NCBI GenBank assembly: GCA_951406725.2
Contig: OX597815.1
Coordinates: forward strand, 48,298,001 to 48,362,000
DNA from: Octopus vulgaris
Taxonomy: Eukaryota
Length of the DNA stretch: 64,000 nucleotides
Reading direction: 5' to 3'
Part shown: positions 26,551-39,130 of the stretch, piece by piece
Numbering within the stretch: the stretch's first letter is position 1
Layout of the letters: the number at the start of each line of letters is the position of its first letter
Position numbers and translations under genes: made by a program
Notes under the pieces: generated by a model
The model's input: only the letters and a program-made list of their open reading frames with translations
What the model was told of the DNA's origin: nothing
Database searches by the model: none

Positions 26551-27643
26551 TGTTGGATATATAGATTTAACAAAGCGGGGATAAACACTGTCTTCACATG
26601 ACGTACTTCAAATTACTCCACTAAACATGATGCTCTAACAATAAATACAAACTCTCAACAATCTCAACATTTTCCTACGACTTCCACAAACACTCAACGC
26701 CCCCTAAGACTTCTCCCCGGCTAGTCTATTCTTCAAATCCTACAATGGTGTCAATGATTGTTGCCACAACATCTCCCCCTTTTGAGAAGGACTTCTGTAA
26801 GAAGATAATATTATTTTTTTTTCACTACATCTCACTTTTTGAGATTTTCTTCCTGGAGAAGTTTTTAATATTTCTTCTGCTTAGGTACTACTTCCAACTG
26901 TTCTGTTTGTTTTCTCTTTCTTGTGATGTTATGCCTAGGTTCGATTTCTTATGGCACTGGAACATCAAAGGTGCCATGGAATACTTCCATGGTATCTCTT
27001 TTCTTTTTTCCATATATCTATTTTTTAACTGGTTTAAATGTCTTTTGTGTTCCCATTTTTCACCTTTTATCATATACGTCGTTTTGCCTATTTGTTTTGT
27101 TACTACTTCATCTTCTCAAACTTCTCTTCCATTTTTATATATTTTGAAAAACACCTTGTCACCAATATTAAAGTACTTTGTCATATTTTAGTGTTTTCCC
27201 TATTTGTTTTTCTTACTGGTAACAGCTTGTCAAAAATTGACTTTCTTTTGAGCAAACATTAGTTCTGCAGGTGACTTGCCTGAACAAGTATTTGGGTTTG
27301 GTGTTATCCTATAAACCCTCAAGAATTGTGTCAAGGCTGCATCATTGACTACCTTGTTTCTTGATTTCTTTAATGCTCTTTTAAATGTATCTATGAACTG
27401 TTCCACTTGTTAGGTATACAGATTTTATGGAGCAGGGATAGACGTACTTCTAATCACTCCACTAATCAAGGTATTCCAATAAATCCAAACTCTCAATGAT
27501 CTCAGTAACTTCCTACAACTCCCAAAAATTTTCAACGTCTCCTATGACTTCACCCATCTTAACCATTATACTACTCTTTATAAGAGTTCAGCTAGGCCAT
27601 TCTTTCCATCCTATGGGGGGTGTCAATGACTCTCACCACAACA
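26551..27643 (-). mobile_element. Internally deleted Gypsy-type LTR retrotransposon: two diverged LTRs (26551-26771, 27408-27643), polypurine tract and integrase C-terminal remnant
   Basis: LTRs bounded tgtt...caaca; PPT aaaagggggaga (26772-26783, minus) abuts the 3' LTR. Minus translation gives QVEQFIDTFKRALKK...QFLRVYRITPNPNTCSGKSPAELMFA and WEHKRHLNQLK. Confidence 0.88.
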
Positions 27644-27852
27644 TGACATATACATATGGGAATGTGAAACTCTGTATAAGTGTGTGTATATATATATATC
27701 ATCATCATCATCATCATCATCATCATCGTTTAGCGTCCGTTTTCCATGCTAGCATGGGTTGGACGGGTCAACTGGGGTCTGTGAAGCTGGAAGGCTTTGT
27801 CAGGCCCAGTCAGATCTGGCAGTGTTTCTACGGCTGGATGCCCTTCCTAACG

Positions 27853-27856
<4 letters not shown>

Positions 27857-27891
<35 letters not shown>

Positions 27892-28310
27892 CACACACAC
27901 ATATATATATACATGGCATATATACATATATATACACAACATACACACACATAAATATATATATATAAATGGCATATACATATATATATATATGCACGAC
28001 ATGCATATATATACATGACATATACATACATGACACACACATATATATATATATATATGACACATACATATACATACGACATATTTATATGTGTATACAT
28101 GACATATACATATATATATATATACATACAAGACATATATATACATATATATACAAACAAGACATATACATATATATATATATATATACACATGACATAC
28201 ATATACATGACATATACATATATATATATACATGATATATACATATATATATATATACACGACATATACACATACATATATACATGACACACACATATAT
28301 ATATATATGA
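27857..28310. repeat. Degenerate minisatellite of (TA)n interspersed with CATGACA/GACA units
   Basis: Read directly from the sequence. Confidence 0.85.
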
Positions 28311-29149
28311 CTTACATACTGATTTACAGAAAAGAGTCAGTCTCTCTGAAAATCAGTTTACAGATTTTAAAAAGTATTTTCTTTCTCTCCATATTTAGTA
28401 TTATTTAGAAATTTTTTGTTATTTTTAAGTTGTGCGTATGAGAGTATATGTTGTTGCTGTTGTTGTTGTTATTGGTGCATCATTAGTATTCTGCTTGCAG
28501 AAACCTAACTAACAGTCATATATATTTGTTATTACTCTAAACTGTACATCAAACTTTCCAGCTGACAGCAGCACAGCTAAAGTGTTTTTTGTCATATGCA
28601 GATTGTTGCAGGAGCTAAACTCAGTCAAGTCAATGTTTTGATGTGTAGCCTACATAGAAAACAATACACAGAAAGTCAGAAACTGAAATAAATAGACAGC
28701 CTCTCACACACAATAACACTGTTGAGGATTGGAAAAATCATTACAATGTTAGACAAAAATTTCTTGCAGCATTTATTGCAGTGCTTTGCATTCTGAGTTC
28801 AAATCCCAGCAAGGTCAACTTTACCTTTTATTCTTTTAGGATTAATAAAGTATTGAGTCGCTTGATAAATTCACTCCATTGTTATGTGTCTGAGAAGTAA
28901 AATTTATTCAAATTTCCAAACTAAAAACAGAATTGCAGAGGAAGGACAGACTTAGATAGAAAAAAAAAATTCATAAGACATCACCATTATCATCATTTAA
29001 TGTCAATCTTCTTTGCTGACATGGGTTGGATGGTTTGATAAGAGCTGGAGAGCAAGAGGACTGCACCAAGCGCCATCGTCTGTAGTAGCCTTCCTAATGT
29101 CAACCATTTTACAGAGTGGACAGGGTGTTTATTACATGGCACCAACACT

Positions 29150-29371
29150 ATACTCTTTACTCTTTTACTTGTTTCAGTCATTTGACTGTGGCCATGATGG
29201 AGCACTGCCTTTAGTTGAGCAAATCGATCCCAGGACTTATTCCTTGTAAGCCTAGTACTTATTCTATCGGTTCTCTTTTGCTGAACCGCTAAGTTACCGG
29301 GACATAAACACACCAGCATCGGTTGTCAAGCGATGTTGGAGGGACAAACACAGACACACAAACATACACAT

Positions 29372-29418
<47 letters not shown>

Positions 29419-29977
29419 TATTCATACTGGCCTCCGTGCTTTGGGGACGTAACAAACACCATCCGATCGTGGCCGTCCGCCAGCCTCATCTGGCACCTGT
29501 GTCGGTGGCACATAAAAACACCATCCGAGCGTGACCGTCTGGCACCTGTGTCGGTGGCACATAAAAAACACCATCCGAGCGTGGCCGTTCGCCAGCCTCG
29601 TCTGGCACCTGTGTCGGTGGCACATAAAATCACCCACTACACTCTCGGAGTGGTTGGCGTTAGGAAGGGCATCCAGCTGTAGAAACACTGCCAGATCTGA
29701 CTGGCCTGGTGCAGCCTTCGGGCTCCCCAGACCCCAGTTGAACCGTCCAACCCATGCTAGCATGGAAAACGGACGCTAAATGATGATGATGATGATGATG
29801 ATGATATATATGACGTGCTTCTTTCAGTTTCTGTCTACCAAATCCACTCACAAGGCTTTGGTCAGCCCTGAGGCTATAGTAGAAGACACTTGCCCAAGGT
29901 GCCATGCAGTTGGGACTGAACCCGGAACCATGTAGTTGGTAAGCAAGTTACTTACCACACAGCCACTCCTACACCTA
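29150..29977 (-). mobile_element. Family B SINE with an RTE 3'UTR insertion in its (TA)n tract
   Basis: B tail at 29150-29365 and B head at 29815-29977. Confidence 0.85.
29427..29805 (+). mobile_element. Young 5'-truncated RTE 3'UTR with three internal tandem units and an (ATG)n tail
   Basis: 'tctggcacctgtgtcggtggcacataaaa' occurs three times; ends 'catggaaaacggacgctaaa(tga)n'; CpGs intact. Confidence 0.85.
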
Positions 29978-30125
29978 TGATAAAAAATATATATGGTTCT
30001 GGGTACAGTCCCACTGCGTTGCACCTTGGGCAAGAGCCTTCTACTATAGCCTCAAGCCGACCAAAGCCTTGTGAGTGAATTTGGTAAACAGAAACTGAAA
30101 GAAGTCTGTGTTGTTTGTATGTATG

Positions 30126-30173
<48 letters not shown>

Positions 30174-31954
30174 AAACATATATATATTTATGTGTGTGTG
30201 TCATTGTGTCTGAGTTTGCCCATAAGTGTGTGTGTGTGTGCGTGTGTGTGTGTGCATGCACAAGCGAATATGTTCATTTTGTCTTGACAAACATTGCCAT
30301 AAGCTAAGCAATAACATGTGTTTGCAATTTTTCTCAAAATAATGTTTGGACTAGGGGAAAATATCACCTTGGTAGGAGACAGATAAAGGTTGACAAAAGG
30401 AAGAGCACACAGCTGTAGAAAATCTGCCTCAATGAATTTCATCAGATTCGTGTAAGCTTTGAAAAATAGATGTCAAAAACAAAAACGAAGATGAGAGGCA
30501 AAGTTATATAAAAATGTATCATAATGAGTCTATATATAGATGCTAGAGAGGTTGTGTGGTATGAAGCATGCCTCCCAATCACATGGTTCTGGGTTCAGTC
30601 CAACTGTGTGGCACCTTGGGCAAGTGTTTCGACAATAACCTCAGGATGACCAAAGCCTTGTAAGTGGATTTGGTAGACAGAAACTGAGAGAAGCCTGTCA
30701 TGTATATGTGTGTGTGTTTGTGTCAGTGGTTGTTCCCCATGACTGCTTTACAACTGGTGTTGGTGTGTTTACATCCATGTAACTTAGTGGTTCAGTAAAA
30801 GAGAGACACAAAATAAGCACCTAGCTTAAAAAATAAAGAGTACTTATTCGATTCATTTAACTAACAATTTTTCAATGAAACAAGTAAAAGATAAAAAATT
30901 AAAAGAGTGGTATTAGCAGGCAGAAGTAGTATATAAACAAAGTCCTTGGAAGTAATTAAGAAGGTGACACCAGTTTTAATAATTCACGTAAATGGCAGAA
31001 TTTGCATCACTATCAAACCCTTGAAAATGTTTGTTTTTAATGTCTTTATACTGTAAAAGTAAATGATAAATGAAAAAAAAAATTGTCTTTTATAAGTGAA
31101 TTTATAAATAAAGAGGGTGCAGTATGGGATTAGTGCAGAAATAGGTTCAAACGAGCTAATCAGATTCTGTCTGGTAAAGTCCATCACCTTTTATTATCTT
31201 ATCAACCGTTCAGAGCACATAGTGCCAGAACGATGGAAATTAGACCAAGTCAACTTGGCAATCCAAGACTTCAGAATGAGTACTGGCATGGTTTCAATCT
31301 GCCAAAAGGTATAAGTTTAATCAGAAAAGCACAAGAAGCTAAAGGCAGCTGAACAATGATAGTTACTTTACAGAGAACAGAATACACAAATAGTTTAATG
31401 GCCTCATTCCAAACTTCCCTTTTCTTTATGACTGGCCTATTTATCAATTGTTCATCAGAAATTAAATTGCAAATATTCATTTCGGGTGTTTAAATTATTT
31501 CTTATTTATATATTTTTTAAGGATATTTTAATTATCTTAGAAATGTATTCATCTGAGAACTAACACAAAAATAATGTGTTCTTTTCCTCCCACTGCATCA
31601 TTTCGATATGATGGACGATTGATCTTTTGATAGGTGTCATGATGGGATTAACTTTTTGCATTAAGATAATGGTCATGTTTTGTTTGTTTTTGTAGGTTAG
31701 TATTCATGTCAAGTCATTTTCTGTTCAACAGCAATTGTTGAATAAATTAGTTCAAACAGACATACAAACATACTGTGATATGCATGTGTGTATGTAATAT
31801 GTATATGTATATAAATATCTAGCTAGTCATTGATATACAGGCATGTGTGTGTGTATACATATACTTAGCCCTACATGCACACACACAAACAGATGTGGTG
31901 CTCCAGCATGACTGCAGCCACATGGCTGAAACCAATAAAAGAATAGTTCAAATT

Positions 31955-32146
31955 TATAGAAAACAAAAGACAAAGACAGGTGAAGGAACAACAAGCAAGT
32001 GTATTAGTTTAATGCTTGGGAAGAATGAAAGAGTCTTTGACATTTAGAGCCTATGCTCTTCAACAGAAAGGATTAAGAAGGAAAAAAAAGACCAAGAATG
32101 AAAAAGAAATGGAGAGAAAAAATATGTGTAGGGAATAACGGTTCAA
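31955..32146 (-). mobile_element. Penelope-like terminal-repeat remnant with degenerate hammerhead motif
   Basis: Minus 32070-32035 reads CTTT CTGTTGA A GAGC ATAG GCTC TAAA TGTC AAAG; related to 33243-33430. Confidence 0.55.
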
Positions 32147-32251
32147 TATATATATATATATAAATAAGGATAAGATCGTTAATTTAAAATAAAATAACGA
32201 ACTCATCAGGAGGTCAGCATGGAAAAATTAACCTTCAAAGGTAATAATTAT

Positions 32252-32342
32252 TAAAATTATAAATTAGGGTATCTACGAGATACCACCATGCTGAAAATGG
32301 CTGCTATTTTCAGCATGGTGGTATCTCGTAGATACCCTAATT

Positions 32343-32352
<10 letters not shown>
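32252..32352. repeat. 101-bp near-perfect palindrome
   Basis: taaaattataaattagggtatctacgagataccaccatgctgaaaatggc-t-gctattttcagcatggtggtatctcgtagataccctaatttataatttta; one mismatch. Confidence 0.95.
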
Positions 32353-32388
<36 letters not shown>

Positions 32389-33209
32389 TACTTACATACA
32401 CATACACACAAACACACATACATATGTACATTTATCGGCTACCAAAAGAGAACTGATATTCTAAAACAAAGGATCCACATGAAAAGTACTGGTGATGGTG
32501 CCATGTACCAAGCACTGGTGATGGCACCATGCAGTAAGAATTGGTGATGGTGCTATGTAAAAAGATCCCAGTACACGGTAAAGTGATTGGTTTTAGGAAG
32601 GGCATCCAAATGTAGAAACCAAGCTAAAAGAGCACTAGATTAGAAGATGGCATACTTGAGTACAAAACTAAAATGATCATATCTTGAAGACCCAAATGAA
32701 CTATTCATTCATAAACTACCATGCCAGAGTTTTAAACTATAAAACCTAATTAAATAAAAATTTACTCATGAACAACACATACATTTTTTTGTTTAAATAT
32801 TAGCACCAAGTACTTGTATGATCTGTGTCTGCAAAATCATTAATACTATTCATGATGTAATGATTCCTTCAAAGACAAACCTGTCCACCAAGTCAGAAAT
32901 CACCAACATTTATGGTATAATAGCATACTTGAAAACTGTTCTTATTACATGTACCTTTGAATTAATTTGTTCTCATGGATGTGTGGTAAGAAGCTTGCTT
33001 CACAACCACATAATTTCAGGTTCAGTTCTACAACATGGCACTCTGGGCAAATATCTTCAACTATATCTTCAACAGTGGTGGTGCCCCAGCATGGCCGCAG
33101 CCTTCAGGCTAAAACGTTTTTAAGGATTTATAGCCTCAATCAACCAAAGGCAAGTAAGTGAATTTGGCAGATGGTAACTGAATGAAGCCATTAAATATAT
33201 ATATATATC

Positions 33210-33241
<32 letters not shown>

Positions 33242-33242
33242 T

Positions 33243-33430
33243 AGTCAATCCAAACATCAACAAAGAGAAAACACAACACGAGGACGTGGAATAAGTGTTA
33301 TTGGATGCTCAGGAAAGGAAAGAAAGAAGGAGGATTTCCCATTTCGAGCGGAGCTCTTTATCAGAAATATAGAGAAAATCCAAAGAAGGGAAGAGGGAGA
33401 AAGAAAATCGCCAGCGATACACACTCAGTC
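33243..33430 (-). mobile_element. Penelope-like terminal-repeat remnant with degenerate hammerhead motif, inserted in (TA)n
   Basis: Minus strand near 33368-33335 reads ATTT CTGATAA A GAGC TCC GCTC GAAA TGGG AAAT. Confidence 0.55.
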
Positions 33431-36400
33431 ATATATATATATATATACAGGGCACAGTTGTGGCTCTATGCTAATACATTTGCTTCCCAATCACAGTTCT
33501 GGATTCCATCCCACTGCATGCCATCTTGGGCAGGTATCTTATGTAATATCCCTAGGCTGACCAAAACCTTGTGAGTGGATTTGGTAGATGGAAACTGAAA
33601 GAAGTCCATGGTATGTATACATGTATGTATGTATGTGAGTGTGCTTGTTATTGTTGTAAAGAAGTCTCACTGTCATACAGTGTCATTCACTTCCAATATT
33701 CTATGAGACCATGTCTGGTCTTGGGGAAATATGACCTCGTTTGGAAACAGGTGAAGGTTGGTGATGGGAAGGGCATCCAGCCATAGGAAAGTCTACCTCA
33801 ATATTTGTCTTCCAGTCCATGCAAGCATCAAAAAGTAAACATTAAAAGGATGTTGTGTGTGTGTGTGTGTGAGTGACTGTGTATGTGTCGTTGTTTGTCT
33901 GTCAACCTGCCTACTGCTTGACGACCAGTGTTGGTTTGTTTATGTCCCCATAAACAAGTGGGTTGGCAAAAAAAAAGGCCAGTAGAGTAAGTACCAGACA
34001 TGAAAATAAAACTTATATACTGGGGTAGATCTGTTTGACTAAAATCCTTCAAGGCAGTGCCCCAGCATGGCCACAGTCCAGTGACTGAAATAAGTAAAAA
34101 ATAAAAGACAGATAGATGTCGTTTGGATTAGAATTTAAAATACCCACCAAACCACTCAACTTCTAAAGCTTTAAAAGGTATTATTAATACACAAAAGGAA
34201 AGCTAAACAAATTAGTTTTCTGTAATTATAAATCATTCACAGTTATATTTGAAAATGAAATAGTTCTTCACAAAAGATGTTCATAAAACTGGAATGTAAA
34301 GAACATGTATCATGAAAAGAAATATATCTCATTCTCTCGTTCTTTTCCTCTTTTGTCATGTACTGAACCAATATCAATATACTTCCCTGAACATCCTTCA
34401 AGAGTTAACTTAAAACCAATGAGAATGTTTGTATATTGTTACACTTTGTCTCCTCTTCCCTCCCCGCCACCACCACAAACTCTCATTTGTTCATTTTAAC
34501 TCTGATTTCTATCTAACGCAAGTTTATCTGCATGCACTCAGGATTAAAAGTTATTGATAAAAGAAAATTGTTGTGAGAAAAATGATAGGCCGATGCCACC
34601 AAAATAGAGAGAAGGTTAAAAATCACATATGAGAAGAGAGAAAGAGAGAAGAGTGAATCCGAAAGAGCCTGAGAGGACCGGGAGGAGAAGATTGGAATAA
34701 CAAAACAAAAAAAATCTGGTCTACACAAAACAGAAAATGAAGAACAAGAAAATTAAAATAAAATAAACAACTATAAAAAAAATGGCTTGCTTGTTTGAAA
34801 AGTCAGAAAACTATAGCAAACAGCCTTGCAGCATAGATATGTTGTTTGCCTGTGCATGAAACCATGTGTTTAGATTAGGTTTTCATTTCATAGTTTGAAG
34901 TTCTCACAGCAAGGAACGGACTGAATGAATGAAGTTTAGTATGAAGTCACTGATTGTCCACTCAATATCTCATTAAAAAAAAATAATAGACTAAAAATAA
35001 ATACATAAATAACACACATATATGGTGTGTGTGTGTGTGTATATACATATATATATATATATAGATAGGTAGATATAGATATACACATATATAAATATAT
35101 GTATGTATATTTTTATATGTGTATATATGGGTTAAAATAAAACGTTATGTATGTATAAATAAATAGTAGACAAATACCAAAAGCAACAAAAACAAATATA
35201 TGTTTGGTGAAAGAGAAAGTTTAAGAAATAAGTGAAACATAGTGCAATATATCTGAAGACATACAGACACAAAAACCTAAAGATTCTGCCTATAGAGCCT
35301 GAAGATATCAGAAAGAAAAAAAAAATGAAAAAAAAAAAAACAAGAAAAAGTTGAAAGTGTATTTTTGGTGTTTAAAAAAAAAAAAAAATAAATAAATATA
35401 ACTACATGAAGAAAGAAAACTAGAAAAATTTTACTACCAAGTATCTTTAGTGTAAAAATAACAATTAAATAGATAGCAACAGCGGATAAATAAATAAGAA
35501 AATAAATACATAAATTAAAACATCAACAAATATGAAAACCACATATTAAATTATTGTAACATTGAAAACCAGGTTTGTATAAAATATATATATATATATA
35601 CACACATATAAATGCATACACACACACGGAAGATTCTGATCTTGTAATCATGTTAGACCACAATTATGTCTTTGTGTATATGTTTATCTCTCTCTCTCTC
35701 TCTCTCCCTATATATATATATACACACACATATACATATATATATATGTGTATACATAAAAATACATACATGTATGCATATGTGCATGAGTTTGCAAGAA
35801 CAAAGCTTTTACATACAGAATAATATGCAAAATACTTCAAGAAGAATATCATATTGCATTACTTACGTGTACCCCCCCCCACACACACACACATATACAT
35901 GTATGTATATTTGTGTATGTATGTGCTTCTATATGTATATTACAAAGTGGAAGCTCTTTTCAGGAGTGGTCAACAAAGAGCTCAAGAAGATATTAGAAGC
36001 AAAACAAAAAGTACACTAAGAAAACAGTGTACAAGACTCTAAAGAATATAGGAAACGCCTGAAAAAACTTCATTTGATCCAGTTCTTGAATAAGATGAAT
36101 ATGATAAATTATCTTCAAATAAGGTTACAACTAGACAAGTTGGTAGATGGTCCAATAACAAGTATACTGTCCCACGGTTCATATTACATCACATTGCAGG
36201 CAAGGCACATACGCATTCACACACACACAAACACACACATGCATCCATCCATATATACATACATAAAAATCTGTAGAACTTCCCAAAAGTTTATCATTTA
36301 AGTATATATGAGCATGTCTAGATATGAAAGCATATGCATGAGAAGACATACATAAAACAAAACATAAATCTGCACATATACAAACATATATTTGTACAAA

Positions 36401-36592
36401 AATACCTCATTGTTGAAGTTGAAATTCCAATGATGGAGCCTTAGTTCTAGTATAGAAAACGGCTCTTTCTCTATTGGCAAGAAATCTTGAAATAAAACTG
36501 AATAATGACATACATGCATACATACATATATAGCCACCTAAGAAACCATAAGTTAGAAAAAATACCCACTTATATATTTGTCAATAGAGTGG

Positions 36593-36810
36593 GTATATTA
36601 ATCAAATTGTACAGTATTATATACCCCTTACGGTCGATCTTATCAATTGATTTCACTCTAAGGTTTCAGGGGAGTGTTAAATAACAGCTCAATATGTAGA
36701 AGAGTGCAGTGCAAGGCTGTTATCTAACACCCTGGTGAACCCCTAATGTGAAACGAATTGGTAATGTTAGGTATAATGGATATATAATATGATACACTTC
36801 GATTAATATA
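36593..36810. repeat. Degenerate ~220-bp inverted repeat (MITE or Penelope-like inverted terminal repeat)
   Basis: Outer arms tatattaatcaaattgta / tacacttcgattaatata; inner arms gtgttaaataacagc / gctgttatctaacac. Confidence 0.7.
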
Positions 36811-38117
36811 TATACATGTTTTGTCTTTTAACTTTTACTTGCTTCAATCATTAGACTGTGGGTATGAAGAGGCACAGGGTTTAGTTGAAAAAAATTGACC
36901 CTAGTACTTATTTTTTAAGCTTGTACTTATTCTATCAGTTTCTCTTGTTGAACTGCCAAATTACAAGGGTGCAAACAAACTAACACCAACTGTCAAGCAG
37001 TAGCAGTGGTGGAGGGTACAAACACATACACAAATACACACACATAGATGTATATGATGGGCCTTTTTCAGTTTCTGTCTACCAAATCCACTCACAATCC
37101 TTTGGTTGGCCCAAGGTTATAGTAGATGACACTTACCGAAGATGCCACACAGTGGGACTGAACCTAGAAGTATGTGGTTGGCTGGTGTTCTATACTTTAT
37201 TCACAGAGCGACTAATATCTAGTGAGTGAAATTAGTAGACAGAAACTGAACAAGTGTATTGTATATGTAAATGGCACGGGTTGGACATTTTCACAGGATC
37301 CAATGGGTACAAAGACTGCATTGTGCTCCAGAGTTTGCTTTGGAACAGTTTCTACAGCTGGATACACTTCCAAACATCCACCACTTTACAGCATGTACTG
37401 CATGCTTTTTCATGCCACCAGCACAACTGGGATCACAATGCAGCATGCAAGTCTTTGAAACCTGACTGGAGGGGAGGTCACCTTTATGCTAGGGGACAAG
37501 TTAGTGAAAATATAAGGATGAGCATAGCAAATTCTTGAAGAATGACCGAATGGTTACTCACATTTAGCAGGAGAGGGACAGGATGATATGTAGGAGCTAC
37601 ATACATATGTATGTGTGCATGTGCATATCTGTATAAGTTCATATTTCATCATCTCTTCATGTGTTTTGCTGACTATATATATTAAAAAAATGGTTATATA
37701 TTTCCAGTTCACCATATAACTATGACTTGGATGTTCATTTCTCATTAGTTTAGTGGACTATTACTTTGCATGGAGGAAGGCAAGATTTGGTAAAAGGAAG
37801 CACATCTGACCTTAGAAAAATCAAATGAGTTATGATAAATACCAAGTTTAAATTGTCTCCCATAATTTCATTGTCTTTTAACAGTAACCATAAACCAGAT
37901 TTAATACTGTCTCACTCTAGTAACAGAGAGTAATCACTATATATTTTTTCATACATACTATCTCTGAAGAGCACAAGTCATAGATAACTATCTAGTTATT
38001 TAGTATCTGGTGCAAAACCAACTGGTAAGATTGGCTGTAATGAATCTATGATACTGCATAATTTGATTAATATACCCACACTATTGCTTATTTTTTCAGA
38101 CATATGAGTTATTAATC

Positions 38118-38151
<34 letters not shown>

Positions 38152-38289
38152 CAGGGATAAGAAGTGGTAAGAAGTTTGCTTCCCAGCCACATGTTTTTGC
38201 ATTCAGTCCCAGGTGTCTTCTACTATAGCCTTGTGTCAAACAAAGCCTTGTACATGGATTTGGTAGATCAAAGCTGAAAGAAGCCTATC

Positions 38290-38321
<32 letters not shown>

Positions 38322-38384
38322 AGGTACAGACATGTCTGTGTCACTTTTGTGCCCTTTTATTGTCTATAAATTAGCAGACCAATA

Positions 38385-38735
38385 AACAAATAAACACTCA
38401 TCTGTCATGCTTTATGACTACGAAGATGACTCTTGAATCTAGCTTTACTGAGGCAGGGTCTTGCATAGACACTGCATGTTAGCATCATAGGAATACCCTT
38501 CCCATCTGGAAGTGTAACAGCAATACCCTTCTTGACATCCCCCTTTACTTTCTCATGTGCAACTCGAGATTTCTCAAAAGTAGCTATCCCCTCATGCACA
38601 ATCCTTCTCCACCTGCTACGATCAATAGCTGTGCCCTCCCATGTGTCAGGAGAGATGCAAGCATCTCTTAAGGAAGCCTTCAGCAAATCCTTATACTTCT
38701 TTTTTGGTTCATGTGGAGGTCTCCATAAAAGAGTT
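38385..38735 (-). mobile_element. RTE (BovB-like) LINE 3' ORF fragment with C-terminal zinc-finger remnant
   Basis: ORF 38405-38767: PKKKYKDLLKASL...TWEGTAIDRSRWRRIV...TCSVYARPCLSKARFKSHLRSH. Confidence 0.88.
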
Positions 38736-38739
38736 GTTT

Positions 38740-39130
38740 TGGCATGACAACAGCCATGGTGGAGCACTAACTAAAAGGTTTTTTTAGTCAAAGAAATTGA
38801 TCCCAGGAATTATTCTTTGTAAACCTAGTACTTATTCTATCAGTCTCTTTTGTCAAATTGTTAAGTTATGGAGACGTAAACACACCAACACCGGTTGTCA
38901 AACAATGGTGAGAGAACACACAGACACACACACATAAATATATACCTACATACACACACACACACATATATATGACAAGCTTCTTTCAGTTTCTGCCTGA
39001 CAAATCCACTCACAAGGCATTGGGTGACCCAAGGCTATAGTAGACACTTGCCCAAGGTGCCATGCAGTGGGACTGAACCTGGAACCATGTGGTTGGTAAA
39101 CAAGCTACTTACCAAACAACCAATCCTATA
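38740..39130 (-). mobile_element. Family B SINE
   Basis: Colinear with the reverse complement of 51203-51630. Confidence 0.8.

Noticed and set aside
26745-27191. 148-aa hydrophobic plus-strand ORF
   Set aside because: Antisense to the A-rich Gypsy integrase remnant.
35995-36060. Minus-strand terminal exon AFPIFFRVLYTVFLVYFLFCF*
   Set aside because: Hydrophobicity is explained by T-rich composition; no linked upstream exon.
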